33,051 nt of DNA, from the IMG/VR virus record IMGVR_UViG_3300016265_001126, positions 1-33,051 of that record; one strand, written 5' to 3'. The translations under genes were made by a program, and so were the position numbers. Below, in pieces: positions 16,386-26,349 of the stretch. Origin of the DNA: a virus. Taxonomy: Duplodnaviria; Caudoviricetes. The notes beneath the pieces were generated by a model that was not told where the DNA came from, did no database searches, and worked only from the letters and a program-made list of their open reading frames with translations. Within the stretch, counting starts at the first letter, position 1. Every line of letters begins with the position of its first letter.

Positions 16386-17540
16386 TTAAAGCGTTACTTT
16401 GTAGTCGAGGCGGTAATCAGTTGTCGCGTCTCCATTGAAATAAACCGTGAATCCCGTGGTAGCTTTATCGTCGATTGTTTGCGGCGACAATTTTAATCCC
16501 GGCGAGCCTGCTCCGGTGTAGATGACTTCGAGGCTGATAATGTCATACGTCGAAGCCGAAAGCGCGGTGGAAAACGTAACCGTTGCCGAGTCCGTTGTTG
16601 AAAGTGTGACACTGCCTTCTCGGTAGTTGCTGGAAGCCGTCCCTGAAGGGAATGTCTGCCCGTCGCGGTAAAGGCTGTTGACAATTTCAAGAGTGAACAA
16701 CGGCGAAATCTGAGGGGCTGTTCCGTCGAGATAAACAAGTTGCGCGTTGTAGCTTGCGCTTGAAACATCAGTCGTGGCGTTTGGGAATCCGCCAGCCGTC
16801 ACAACGGTAATCGTAAATCCAGTTGTCTGCGGGTCGTGCGTTCCAAGTCGCGCAAATGTTTCGCCAATAATAGAAACCGTGTCCGATGATGCCCCGCACG
16901 TCCCGAATGCCGCTCCGGGTCCATAGAAATTTGCATCTGAAATTAGAGCCGACGATAATTCGCTTGCAACTTGCGTCGCAGTTAAATCATCAGATGATAA
17001 CGCAACTTCCAAAAGATGGTTGGCCCCACCTGTTGCGGGCTGGGTTCCGTATGACGGGCAGGAAAACCAAATACGGAAAAAACCAGATGTTCCTGAATTA
17101 TCAAAGTAGATATCAAAATATCTATTCCCCAATGAACCCGCTGCATTTGCTTGGCATTGGATTGAAATTTCCTCTTTTGCTGGAGTTGAAAGATTAGCCC
17201 CAAGTGCTTTTAGGAAAATGGGAACTGAAAAATCCATGCTCCCCTCGTAATAATAGTCCCCGAGGTCATCTACCGTCGTGCGAGTGAATACGGGAGATGC
17301 GACAACGGGCGCAACGTCAAAGCGGTTATTGCCCGTGGAAGGTTTGACGATAAGTTCAATCGACGGGTCTGCGCCGAGATCGAGATACCTGCGCGTATCT
17401 CCGCTTCCGCCACGGTAAAAGCCAATGCGGAAGGTCTGCTGAGACGGCACGGGAACTGTCAGCTTGTCCTGTAAAGCCGTGTCGAGTCCGGACAAGTCCA
17501 GAATGTTGTTGTCAATATCCCATGTGATTAGATTCGGCAT
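16386..17540 (-). CDS. Putative baseplate/tail protein
   Basis: Position; S/T/G-rich; C-terminal TVTFSTAL..TTGFTV H-lectin-like module. Confidence 0.65.
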   Translation of the reverse strand: MPNLITWDIDNNILDLSGLDTALQDKLTVPVPSQQTFRIGFYRGGSGDTRRYLDLGADPSIELIVKPSTGNNRFDVAPVVASPVFTRTTVDDLGDYYYEGSMDFSVPIFLKALGANLSTPAKEEISIQCQANAAGSLGNRYFDIYFDNSGTSGFFRIWFSCPSYGTQPATGGANHLLEVALSSDDLTATQVASELSSALISDANFYGPGAAFGTCGASSDTVSIIGETFARLGTHDPQTTGFTITVVTAGGFPNATTDVSSASYNAQLVYLDGTAPQISPLFTLEIVNSLYRDGQTFPSGTASSNYREGSVTLSTTDSATVTFSTALSASTYDIISLEVIYTGAGSPGLKLSPQTIDDKATTGFTVYFNGDATTDYRLDYKVTL

Positions 17541-17558
17541 CCTTCTAAAGTAGTTTCG

Positions 17559-18338
17559 TCAAATCGTTTCTCCCGTCAAAACGCTACGGAGTTGTGCGCC
17601 TGTTGCTGAGTTCCAGATTGCGTTTGCGTTGTCTGCGTCCAAGTATTGCCAATAGCTTTCCGGCTCAAGTGACATTTCAATATCCCCGAAGTCGTCGCCA
17701 GCAAAAACAGTCCACCGAACCGTCAGAGTTTCGCCGTCCATTGATGCGCTTGATTCGTGGTCATTCGCCGCGGTGTCATCGTAGCTTGTCCCGATGTATT
17801 GCCCGCTAATTGAAATTCCGTCATTCCAAGCAAGGTCGCAGTAGAATCCCATTGTCGGGAGAAAGCTAGCCGTGTCCGGACTTGCAACATCCGTCATTTG
17901 ATACGCCGGAATACCTTCAAAACCCTGTCCTAGATAGTAAAACCTTGGCGTGACGTTTAGCGTGCCTGCGCCGATTGACGCCGTGAACATTCCGCCGCCG
18001 CTTGTGTATTCAAAAAGATGCCCGCCAAGGCGATTGAACCAATCGCACAAGTCAAGCTCTTTCGTGACCGCTGCGTTCTGCAAAGTGATTTCCTGTGGAG
18101 TAAAGCCGCTGATTCCGGTTCCTTCAATCGTCAATTTCCATGACTTAACTCTCCACCACCATTTGACGCCTTTAGAGACGCTGATTTGTAGCGGTCGCCA
18201 CGATAGCGTAACAGGCGCATCCAAGCTCGTCGCGTATTCGCCCTTGATAGGAAACGCCATGCAAAGCGGGTCGGCTGGCAAGTCCGTAAAAGCATCCGAT
18301 TCCGCAAACGACGACGGCAGAAAATGCGGAACTCTCAT
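17559..18338 (-). CDS. Putative minor tail protein
   Basis: Position in the tail module. Confidence 0.55.
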   Translation of the reverse strand: MRVPHFLPSSFAESDAFTDLPADPLCMAFPIKGEYATSLDAPVTLSWRPLQISVSKGVKWWWRVKSWKLTIEGTGISGFTPQEITLQNAAVTKELDLCDWFNRLGGHLFEYTSGGGMFTASIGAGTLNVTPRFYYLGQGFEGIPAYQMTDVASPDTASFLPTMGFYCDLAWNDGISISGQYIGTSYDDTAANDHESSASMDGETLTVRWTVFAGDDFGDIEMSLEPESYWQYLDADNANAIWNSATGAQLRSVLTGETI

Positions 18339-18583
18339 GCGTTCGGGTCAACCGTGATGAAGATTGGAATCATTGCAGGCACTAGCGTGCCGTTGGCAAT
18401 TATCCAACAGAAACGAGACGACGCAAACTCAATAGAAACTCCGCCTTCCGCGTCCTCAACTACGTTTATTTGATTCTCCGTCCCGTGAACGTCAGTTGAA
18501 CGTCGCAGAAGGTCTTTCAGCCGTTTGCCGCTAATGACATACGTCTTATTAAAATCAATCTGGTTCCATCTAGGGTCTAACAT
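18335..18583 (-). CDS. Putative small tail protein
   Basis: Start at MLDPRW after the 18588 stop; coupled downstream. Confidence 0.55.
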   Translation of the reverse strand: MLDPRWNQIDFNKTYVISGKRLKDLLRRSTDVHGTENQINVVEDAEGGVSIEFASSRFCWIIANGTLVPAMIPIFITVDPNA

Positions 18584-18587
18584 AGCG

Positions 18588-19271
18588 TTACTCCATAGCA
18601 GGGACAACAATCCATTGCAGGCTTGTCGTCACCTCATAAACATGACCTTCCGCAATATCGCCGGGACAACGAATGTTTAAATCTGTTCTTACCCATCCTT
18701 GAAAAAGCGGAGTCAGTGCCGGATAAAAGCCGTTAAAAGCCGTTTCAATAGCTGCGTTTTCCACGGATTGTGTGCCGAGCGGATTGACTACCTCTTCTCC
18801 AGATTGTGCCAAGCTAGGGCGTTTCCCGATTAGACAGAAAACATATGTCAGTGTCGGTTTCGGTTCGTTGATTATGGAAACGTAATTTGTTCCCGGCTTG
18901 ATCGTTGCCTTTTGCTGGTAAGTCGTCGAGCGAATGCAAGTCGGCTCTTTCGGCTGTGTGCCTAGAAGCCCGAGAAAGTTAGCCGTGATATGCGCCGTGC
19001 TTCCATCGTCATACGTAATGTCTGCCGAGTCCACGCACATATACTTAAAAACCTCGCGTGGAGTTCCGTGGGCGGTGTTGATTAGTCCGGCGAGTTGTGC
19101 AATGTCCCTGTCACTGCGTCCCGGCTTGAATACCTTTTCGAGATACGTGCGGGCGTTAGAGCTTGCGACCTTATAGACGCGCTGCCCCTCGTCAAACCCG
19201 CCGCCTTTTGTCCGTGTGAACGACGGTCCTGCTTGCGGTAAGATTGTTAGTGTGCCGTGTGCAATGTTCAT
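18588..19271 (-). CDS. Putative distal tail/hub protein
   Basis: Immediately after the tape measure; beta-rich. Confidence 0.55.
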   Translation of the reverse strand: MNIAHGTLTILPQAGPSFTRTKGGGFDEGQRVYKVASSNARTYLEKVFKPGRSDRDIAQLAGLINTAHGTPREVFKYMCVDSADITYDDGSTAHITANFLGLLGTQPKEPTCIRSTTYQQKATIKPGTNYVSIINEPKPTLTYVFCLIGKRPSLAQSGEEVVNPLGTQSVENAAIETAFNGFYPALTPLFQGWVRTDLNIRCPGDIAEGHVYEVTTSLQWIVVPAME

Positions 19272-19275
19272 ATCT

Positions 19276-20715
19276 TTACGCTACGGTCAAACGCTGGTTG
19301 AGCTTAACAAGTTCCTGCTCAACCTTGTTTAGAACTTTGTTGCCTTCATTAACTGCATTCTCCACGGGGTCTTTCCCCGCTGCCGGAACTAGCTTCATTT
19401 CAGCCGGACGCGCCTTTTCTCCGCGTGCTGCGGCATCTGCGTCACGAATCTTTTGCCGCGCGTCTAGGATGCGTTCAGCCCGCGCCCGTGCGCGTTGCTC
19501 GCGACGTTCTGCGCGTTGTGCCGCCGCTGCGCTTGTTGAGCCTCCCATGATGCGCTGAATTTGTTCTTCGCGCACGTCTTGGAGTTTTGATTGCGCTTCC
19601 GCTAAGTCCGCTTGCGCCTTTTCCATTCCTTTGCCTCCCCTGCGGAAACGCTGTTGAGCTTCCCTCACTCGCTCGCGTGCAAGTGCCATCCGCTGGTCTA
19701 GTGTTAGTTGTTTCTCTACTTTTTCGCGTTGTGATTTTTCAGCCGCCTTTCGTCTTTCCTCGTCAGCGTCAATCTCACGCGCCTGCTTTTCGCCTTCGCG
19801 AATAACCGCTTGCGCCTTTTCTTCTTCCAGCTTCCGCGCTTTATCGCCGCGCCTTTTGTTGATTCTGTCCTCGTCGGCTTCTATGCCTTCAAGCAATTCA
19901 GTAACAGCCTTTGCCACCCTCTCCTTTTCCTTAATCTCCTTGTCTGCATCGCTGCGCTTTTTAGCAGTGTCTATCAACGCGTTTTCTGCTGTTCTATCAA
20001 GACGCAATGCTTTGATTGAGTTAATCTCAACCGTCAGTTTTCGCTGACGTTCTAACTCGTCAGCGATATCTTTCTCTCCGCGCAGTCGTGCGTCAATAAT
20101 TGCATTATCCTCTTCGTTCAACATCAGCATTTGCTGGCGTGCTTCGATAGACTGCCAATAAAGGTCTCCTTGTGCGCGAAGGTTTGCTTCAAGCTCTTTC
20201 TGGTCTGACTTGGAAAAGAAACCATCCTGCAAATCGGCGGCTTTCTGCTTTAACTCGTCCATCGCTTTCGATGTCGATTTTAACGCGCGAGCGATATCAA
20301 TCGTCGTCCCTGTTGCCGTTGCTTTCCCAAGTGACTCTGAAACCTCGTCAACTTTAATGCGTAGCTTTTCTGCTTCTTCCCCGCCGCCAGAAAACGAGTT
20401 GTAAAGCAACAATCCAAGTCCTAGAACACCGCCAGCGATTGCCCCGCCGGGACCAAACACAGAAAGCAACTGCGTGCCTTGCTGCATCATTATCGTGCTT
20501 GCCTTTGTGCCTTGCTGGATTTGAACCGCAACGTCTTGAATCTGCAATGATGCGCCACCTAGCCCGCGAATGCCCGATCCGTATTTACCTCCTGACATTC
20601 CGCCAATCGGCTTCTCTGCCTCTTTCTTAAATCTCTTAACGGCTTGCTCTGCCGTCTGAGTTGCTTTCTCTACGCCAGTTGCGTCTCCTCTAAGTGTGTA
20701 AGTTAATCCCGGCAT
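19276..20715 (-). CDS. Tape measure protein (short)
   Basis: LQIQDVAVQIQQG..QQGTQL lambda-type TMP motif, hydrophobic segment, long coiled coil. Confidence 0.85.
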   Translation of the reverse strand: MPGLTYTLRGDATGVEKATQTAEQAVKRFKKEAEKPIGGMSGGKYGSGIRGLGGASLQIQDVAVQIQQGTKASTIMMQQGTQLLSVFGPGGAIAGGVLGLGLLLYNSFSGGGEEAEKLRIKVDEVSESLGKATATGTTIDIARALKSTSKAMDELKQKAADLQDGFFSKSDQKELEANLRAQGDLYWQSIEARQQMLMLNEEDNAIIDARLRGEKDIADELERQRKLTVEINSIKALRLDRTAENALIDTAKKRSDADKEIKEKERVAKAVTELLEGIEADEDRINKRRGDKARKLEEEKAQAVIREGEKQAREIDADEERRKAAEKSQREKVEKQLTLDQRMALARERVREAQQRFRRGGKGMEKAQADLAEAQSKLQDVREEQIQRIMGGSTSAAAAQRAERREQRARARAERILDARQKIRDADAAARGEKARPAEMKLVPAAGKDPVENAVNEGNKVLNKVEQELVKLNQRLTVA

Positions 20716-20718
20716 GTC

Positions 20719-21561
20719 TTATTTTTTGCGCCGTTCGCGCTCTAGTATCTTCTTAGTTGCGGTGTCTATTTCTTTTCGGAAACTACGGTCAAACGCTTCC
20801 ATTGCGCCCGTCTCGTTCAATTTCTTATCAATCCACGGAACACGGCTGGAAAGGACAGCCTCCCCGATTGCGCCAAGCATCTTAAAAGCTCCGTGTGCAG
20901 GTGCGTTGTGTTTTGTGATCCACTTGGCGCGAAGTCCGTTTTTCCCGCCTGCCATGCGTCCGGCTGTTATCCATGCGGACTTTGTGAATCCGACTTGCTC
21001 GCGTTTGTGCCTTACGTATTCGCGCAGTTTTTGCGAGTCTGCTACAATCTTTTGACGTGCATTTTTTCGAACGCGCCCGCCGTTGCTCCCGCCTTTGTAT
21101 CTATTGCTTTTGTGCCACTTCCCGCCATCCCACGGAATAACGTCAACGCTCGCAAACTCAGCTTGCGTGCGTATTATCTTTTGCGCTCTATCAAGTCGCC
21201 CTTCGCTCACGAACCTTGTGAAAAGCGATGAAATAGAAACGCCGCCTTTTTCTTTTGGCGTGCGCTTTCCTTTCAAAAAACTTTTCAGTTTTTCCGGTCC
21301 TAGATACACGCGGCCAATGTCACGCGAAACAGCCGATTGCCCGAGATTGCGAGCGGCTAGGCTTTCGCCGTCAGGATTGCCTTCCGCGTTCTTACCAAAG
21401 TTTGCAACCGGCATCGTCCAGCTTGCCAAGTAACGCGCCATAGTCGGCGCACGGTCTTTCACAAGCTGATTCACGTCTTTCTTGGTGAGTTCTGCTAATG
21501 TCCGCAGACTCTTTTGCATATCAGCGGCATAAACGTCGCCTCTTACTTGCAAGTCACTCAT
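20719..21561 (-). CDS. Putative tail completion/neck protein
   Basis: Basic protein in the tail module; function is positional inference. Confidence 0.5.
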   Translation of the reverse strand: MSDLQVRGDVYAADMQKSLRTLAELTKKDVNQLVKDRAPTMARYLASWTMPVANFGKNAEGNPDGESLAARNLGQSAVSRDIGRVYLGPEKLKSFLKGKRTPKEKGGVSISSLFTRFVSEGRLDRAQKIIRTQAEFASVDVIPWDGGKWHKSNRYKGGSNGGRVRKNARQKIVADSQKLREYVRHKREQVGFTKSAWITAGRMAGGKNGLRAKWITKHNAPAHGAFKMLGAIGEAVLSSRVPWIDKKLNETGAMEAFDRSFRKEIDTATKKILERERRKK

Positions 21562-22313
21562 GCCGGAACCTCCGTTAGCTCTCCCGCTTCGATGCGCTTA
21601 ATCAACTCGTCCGTCTCGCGCTGGATCTCCGCGAGCATTGCGTCATCCACGATTACCGCTGATTTCTTTTGCTGCCTAGCAATCGCAGTTCCGACGAGAT
21701 TCGTGATTCGATTTTCCGCTTCGATTTCTTCCACAGTCTTTTCAACTGGCTCGTCAGTTTCCGCGATATGCGTAACGTCATCGTCGAGTTCCCGCAGGCT
21801 CCAATACAGCCATAGAACTTGTGAAACCGGCCAGCGGTAAAGCAGTTCGTCAAACGATACTCCGCCTTTTGTCATGCGGAGTAATTGGCTGATTACAATG
21901 TGCGGATATGGCGCGTTTAGTTCCTTTGGCGTGCCGCTGGATTTCACGTCACGAAGTCGAGGTCCGGATAAATAGCAGGCCTGCACGTATCTTCCAAACC
22001 GCTCGCTTTCCTTGTCCAAATCGAACGCTTCGCACTTCACGCGGAAGGATTCAAACTCTTCCTCAGTCTCCGGAATCCCTAGGTCTAAACACGGCTTTTC
22101 TTCGCTGCAAATCTTTGTTGCGATTTCGAGCAAAGCGAAGTCCGCAAGGTCGTCGAGGAAAACAAAGTCATCGCCAAGTGCTTCTTTCAAAAGCTCCGCG
22201 TGAAACAATGATAGAGGACGTAACACGCGCCCCATGCACGAAAACTCGCCCGCATCCGCACGGCTTTGTGCGGTGTGCGCTGTCGCATAGCGGCTAAATT
22301 TTGCAAATGTCAT
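21558..22313 (-). CDS. Putative tail assembly chaperone
   Basis: Follows the tail tube gene; acidic and helical. Confidence 0.55.
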   Translation of the reverse strand: MTFAKFSRYATAHTAQSRADAGEFSCMGRVLRPLSLFHAELLKEALGDDFVFLDDLADFALLEIATKICSEEKPCLDLGIPETEEEFESFRVKCEAFDLDKESERFGRYVQACYLSGPRLRDVKSSGTPKELNAPYPHIVISQLLRMTKGGVSFDELLYRWPVSQVLWLYWSLRELDDDVTHIAETDEPVEKTVEEIEAENRITNLVGTAIARQQKKSAVIVDDAMLAEIQRETDELIKRIEAGELTEVPA

Positions 22314-22318
22314 TGTCT

Positions 22319-22403
22319 AAAAAAGAAGCCCGACCCGGTGAACAGAAAACCGAATCGGGCTATGAACGCCGTGAGACATGAACAACTCACGGGAAACAGA
22401 AAG
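22319..22403 (-). ncRNA. Double hairpin / terminator with loops antisense to early start regions
   Basis: Stems 22327-38/22350-61 and 22369-75/22386-92, U-tract on the minus strand. Confidence 0.65.
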
Positions 22404-22406
22404 CTT

Positions 22407-22835
22407 TTAGCTAGGGTTTTGTGCCGTCACCGTCAAGTTGGCGTTGCGCCGGAGCGTGAGAGCAAAAACCGCCGCATCGTCGTTTGTGTAAGTGTGCGTG
22501 CAATCTTCAATCTGATAGTCGCCATTGTAGAGCGAAGGAGTAACGCTGGCAAGTGTCACCTTTGAGCCGGGCGTCAGGTCTGCCGTATTGCTAAACGCGG
22601 AAGGCACTTTGATTGAAAAAGAAAGCGTCTCTTCGTAATCAAAACGCCGCTCGCCAACAAGGTTCCCGGATTCGTTGATGTCCTCGTTTTTGCTACGGTA
22701 TTTCGGCGTATATGTGAACGGACCGACGATCCGGTAAGTCGTGCCTAGTGCCGCGCCTTGCGAATCAAGTGTGATATTCGCGCCGGTCAGCGGAAGGGCT
22801 TTAAGGTAGCCAAAAGAATGGGTGACGTCTGCCAT
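22407..22835 (-). CDS. Major tail tube protein (putative)
   Basis: 142 aa, beta-rich, after the terminator-like gene, followed by a transcription terminator. Confidence 0.65.
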   Translation of the reverse strand: MADVTHSFGYLKALPLTGANITLDSQGAALGTTYRIVGPFTYTPKYRSKNEDINESGNLVGERRFDYEETLSFSIKVPSAFSNTADLTPGSKVTLASVTPSLYNGDYQIEDCTHTYTNDDAAVFALTLRRNANLTVTAQNPS

Positions 22836-22848
22836 AATACTTTCGTGC

Positions 22849-23568
22849 TTATGTCAAATCGTTGCAATTCAAAGCATCCACCTCAAACTCGTAGTCCCGA
22901 ATACGCAAGTTTTCCTCTACGTTTGGTGATGCCGCAATAAACCGCATTCCGAAAATTGTCAGTCCGGTTGCGGGCTTGTAACTTCCTCCAGTCTGCCCGA
23001 TTTCTGCAATCACGTCTGTGTATTCTGCCGCTTGTTTTAAGACGTTCTCAATATACACCGGACGATTAGCTTGCAGCGTTACTGACTCTGTAAGCGTGAT
23101 ATTGTAATGATACCAACTGCCCGCAGAGACGCTGGAAATTGTCCGGTTTGTTCCGTTAAGTTGTATAATATCGTTCGCCGCTAAAAATGTTGGAGCCGTT
23201 CCGGGGACTTCCCAGTCGAGCACGAACGATGCGCTGTTTGATGTGTGTGCGTTTACTTTTCCAATCCTGCGCGGGCGGCTAATGATGTTCTCAAACTCTG
23301 CCGCATATTGGTCGATTGTTTCGCCAGTCATTTCCTCAGCAAGTCGAAAGCGGACAACGCAACGCTGCGGGCCTCGTATTAGTCCTCGCCTGTCTGGGTC
23401 TGAAAAAGGCGAAATGCTGCCCGTGAAAATTGCGAGATACGGCACGTTCACAACTTCAGTTTGAACGGAAGTCACAATGTCCACGCCGTCCAATAAAGGA
23501 GCGCGAACACCTTCCAAATAATCGCGGAATGCAATCTCTAGTTTTGTTCCGAGCGTTTGGTAGGCCAT
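22849..23568 (-). CDS. Tail terminator-like protein with an apparent insertion
   Basis: KLEIAFRDYL..VPYLAIFTG N terminus and C-terminal strand; position. Confidence 0.55.
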   Translation of the reverse strand: MAYQTLGTKLEIAFRDYLEGVRAPLLDGVDIVTSVQTEVVNVPYLAIFTGSISPFSDPDRRGLIRGPQRCVVRFRLAEEMTGETIDQYAAEFENIISRPRRIGKVNAHTSNSASFVLDWEVPGTAPTFLAANDIIQLNGTNRTISSVSAGSWYHYNITLTESVTLQANRPVYIENVLKQAAEYTDVIAEIGQTGGSYKPATGLTIFGMRFIAASPNVEENLRIRDYEFEVDALNCNDLT

Positions 23569-23891
23569 TATACGTTCCGTGAATCGAGGTTGATTTGATG
23601 CGTGTCGCCGTCGGTTTGCGTTTGCCCGATGACACGGAAAACCTTGCCGTCACTCACTCGCGTGATTAGTGCTCCGTGAGCCGGTGCCGTTGCAAGGTCG
23701 GTGATTGCTACTTCAATCGTTGCGGTAAACGATTCAACCTTTCCATAGACTTCGACTTGCTGCGTGTAGCCTAGTGAGTTGAAATCACACGGCACGTTTC
23801 CAGCAACGCCCGGAAAGGTGAAATTGACCGTTCCGAAAACGTCGTTGCTTGTCTCCCATCCTGCGGCCATGAATGTGTCGAATCGCGCCAT
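23568..23891 (-). CDS. Head-tail joining (gpFII-like) protein
   Basis: 107 aa, beta-rich, after the capsid genes. Confidence 0.65.
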   Translation of the reverse strand: MARFDTFMAAGWETSNDVFGTVNFTFPGVAGNVPCDFNSLGYTQQVEVYGKVESFTATIEVAITDLATAPAHGALITRVSDGKVFRVIGQTQTDGDTHQINLDSRNV

Positions 23892-23907
23892 TTCTTTCTT
23901 GTTTTAG

Positions 23908-23945
23908 TCAAAACAAAGGCCGCACTCAGTTTCCCAAGTGCGGCC
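23908..23945 (-). terminator. Intrinsic terminator after the capsid genes
   Basis: GGCCGCACT/AGTGCGGCC stem followed by UUUGUUUU. Confidence 0.85.
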
Positions 23946-23965
23946 CTGATGATTCCCCTTTTGTT

Positions 23966-24172
23966 TTATTCCTTTTCTGACTTAGGCTTTTCGGCCTCAG
24001 TCGAGCCGCTTGCGGCACATACCGGGGTCAGAGAAAAGCACGCAATGCGCTTTCCAGCTTTTACCTTTCCGCGTGCGTCCATCACGGCTTTCCGGTGGAC
24101 AACTCCGGGCTGGTCTGGTCCCAGAACCAGTTTCGAGCCTTTTCCGTCGAGTTCAAGCGTGATGAATTTCAT
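23966..24172 (-). CDS. Small hypothetical protein after the capsid gene
   Basis: 68-aa ORF between capsid and terminator. Confidence 0.65.
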   Translation of the reverse strand: MKFITLELDGKGSKLVLGPDQPGVVHRKAVMDARGKVKAGKRIACFSLTPVCAASGSTEAEKPKSEKE

Positions 24173-24181
24173 CGATTAAGT

Positions 24182-25018
24182 TTAGGCGGATTTGATGATT
24201 TTCAGACGGCTGGAATCTCCGCTTGCGGCACCGAACATGACGTTGAACGACGCCCACGGTGCGCGGCTTGCACGGCTAATCCAGCGCGAGAAACGGACGG
24301 AAAGGCCGAGCGAGTCGATTGTGATTACGTCGTTGCTCTGCATGTCGTTCGCAACTCCGTCGTCCATCGTCGGGAGTCCGCTTGCAACTGCGATTGCCTG
24401 CGGGTCGCAAAGGAATCCCGTGACGTTTGCTTGTGCTCCAGTCCAACGGTTATTTTCGAGGATGCGGTCGAATCCGTATGCGCCGCTTTCCCCAAGAGCA
24501 AACGAGTTGCGGTCCGTCGGGAGAATGCGTGCGACATAGCTGCCGTCGAGGACGAGGTGCTTCATGTCCAAATCCTTCCCGGCGGCGTAGAGCGTTACGA
24601 GGTCGTCAGTGCCGAAATCGGCTGCCGCTACAGTGAGCGCGGCTGCGCCCGTGACTGGTGCCAAGGCTGTATCCGCGATTTTGTAAGCAAGCTGCCGGAG
24701 GTTGATGTCGATGAGCTTCTGAAGCCGGAAGCCCTGCTGAAGTTGTGCGCTCGTCAGGTGAAACGAGACGGACAATTCGGAAGGCGTAACTGCGATATTC
24801 GACAACGTAGTGTCGCCGGATTCATAGTTGCTCGGGTCAGTTTGTGCGGTCGCTCCGGCAGTTGCTTTGGCGACTTGAACAACTGATTTCGGCGCGATTG
24901 TGTCGGCGGTGAAATCGGTTGAGTATGCGGACAAGAATGCAAGTTTGCTTCCGAGGACTGTGAGAACCCGGTCGCGCACTACATCTACTACGAGGTCGGC
25001 TGAGAGTGTGTTAGCCAT
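24182..25018 (-). CDS. Major capsid protein (P22-coat/HK97-like)
   Basis: MANTL start, position after protease and scaffold, C-terminal FNVMFGA..RL pattern. Confidence 0.85.
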   Translation of the reverse strand: MANTLSADLVVDVVRDRVLTVLGSKLAFLSAYSTDFTADTIAPKSVVQVAKATAGATAQTDPSNYESGDTTLSNIAVTPSELSVSFHLTSAQLQQGFRLQKLIDINLRQLAYKIADTALAPVTGAAALTVAAADFGTDDLVTLYAAGKDLDMKHLVLDGSYVARILPTDRNSFALGESGAYGFDRILENNRWTGAQANVTGFLCDPQAIAVASGLPTMDDGVANDMQSNDVITIDSLGLSVRFSRWISRASRAPWASFNVMFGAASGDSSRLKIIKSA

Positions 25019-25063
25019 GATGTTTTATTGTGTGTGTTGTTGTTGTTGGTTCTGCGTCCCTGT

Positions 25064-25501
25064 TTAGGAGAGCAAAGTTTTCTTGTTCTTTTGGAAAAAT
25101 GCGAATCGCTCCTCTCCGGTGAGCGTAGCGTAATGCTCTTTAATCTGCGCCGAGGTCGTGAATTCCTTTGGCCCGTTTGATGCGGTGCCGCCTGCCGGTG
25201 CCTTAGCTCCGTAGCGTGCGCCTTGTTCACGCGCCTTTGCCGCTTCAATCTTGGCTTCGTCGCGCTCTTTTGTCAGTGCCTCGTTTTCAGCGGTGAGCGT
25301 TTCGAGCTTTGCGGAAAGCTCCGTGTTTTCGGCGTTCGCGGTTTCGAGATTTGCAAGCGTCTCTTTTGCTGCATTCTGCGCTGTTTCGAGTTCGGTTTTC
25401 TGCGCGGCAATAATAGCTTTCGCCGCCTCAAGTTCAGCGGTCACAGTCGAAAGCGATGCGTTTGCGGTTTCGAGTTCCTGCGTGATTTCTTCAATGCTCA
25501 T
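25064..25501 (-). CDS. Capsid scaffolding protein
   Basis: A/E-rich coiled coil, short C-terminal helix pair. Confidence 0.75.
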   Translation of the reverse strand: MSIEEITQELETANASLSTVTAELEAAKAIIAAQKTELETAQNAAKETLANLETANAENTELSAKLETLTAENEALTKERDEAKIEAAKAREQGARYGAKAPAGGTASNGPKEFTTSAQIKEHYATLTGEERFAFFQKNKKTLLS

Positions 25502-26349
25502 TTGTTTTTGCGCGTTGTCAAATAGTCCGCCAGTTGAGTTGCTAGCTTGCGAGCCGTTGTTATGTTTCCGGTGAAATCCACAAGGCCGTTTTCAAGTGCC
25601 TGTTCTCCGGTGAAAACCTGCCCGCGCATTGATTCCATGCCGACTTTCTTGCGGTTCGCTTTTACGAATCCTGTGAAGTTCGCGTTGATGCTTTCGATGT
25701 GTGACTGAAACCAATTTGTTTCCGCTGCGGTAGGTGCTCGCATAGGCGTTCCTGCCGCTTTCAAGTCGCTAGCTGCGGGCGTGAAAATGTGCGGAGTTAT
25801 TCCCATTGCCGCGAGTGCGTTCCCGAAGTCGAGAAACTCAATACGCGTGCCGATGCTGCCAACCATTCCGCTTGCTTGCGCGACGATAGCCGATGCACCT
25901 GCCGCCAAGTAATACGCTGCGCTTGCTCCAATTTCTCCGATGTATGCAATGACTGGCTTCGTCTGTCTGCTGTCGCGAACCGATTGCGCTGCCTCTGGTG
26001 CTCCAATCGCACTTCCGCCGGGGCTATTAATGTCTAGCACAACTGCGCGGACGTTCGGGTCGCTCATCGCCTTGTCGAGTTCGCTTGTGACTTGTTCGTA
26101 ATCGGTCATGCCGAGCTTCCGGTCACTTCCAGTCGTATTCTGCGCTAGAACATCGTTGATGTGAATCGTAGCAATCCCATCAGACACGGAATAATCTCGC
26201 CGCTGGTTCACAAAGTCACCAATGCTCAGATTCTCCGGCATCGCCTCGCAACGGGCGCGAAGGTTTGCGAAACGCTGAATAAATGCTGGGATTGCCGTTG
26301 GCAACATCGCCAGCGGCTGCGTTAGTATGGTTTCAGGAATTGGAATCAT
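25498..26349 (-). CDS. S49 prohead protease (lambda gpC/SppA-like)
   Basis: LDINSPGG, ASAAYYLA, VGSIG, GQVFTGEQALENGLVD. Confidence 0.95.
   Translation of the reverse strand: MIPIPETILTQPLAMLPTAIPAFIQRFANLRARCEAMPENLSIGDFVNQRRDYSVSDGIATIHINDVLAQNTTGSDRKLGMTDYEQVTSELDKAMSDPNVRAVVLDINSPGGSAIGAPEAAQSVRDSRQTKPVIAYIGEIGASAAYYLAAGASAIVAQASGMVGSIGTRIEFLDFGNALAAMGITPHIFTPAASDLKAAGTPMRAPTAAETNWFQSHIESINANFTGFVKANRKKVGMESMRGQVFTGEQALENGLVDFTGNITTARKLATQLADYLTTRKNK

Noticed and set aside
15377-17540. Diversity-generating retroelement target
   Set aside because: No reverse transcriptase and no template/variable repeat pair seen
21558-22313. Programmed frameshift in the tail chaperone
   Set aside because: It is one continuous ORF; I found no convincing slippery site with an alternative-frame extension
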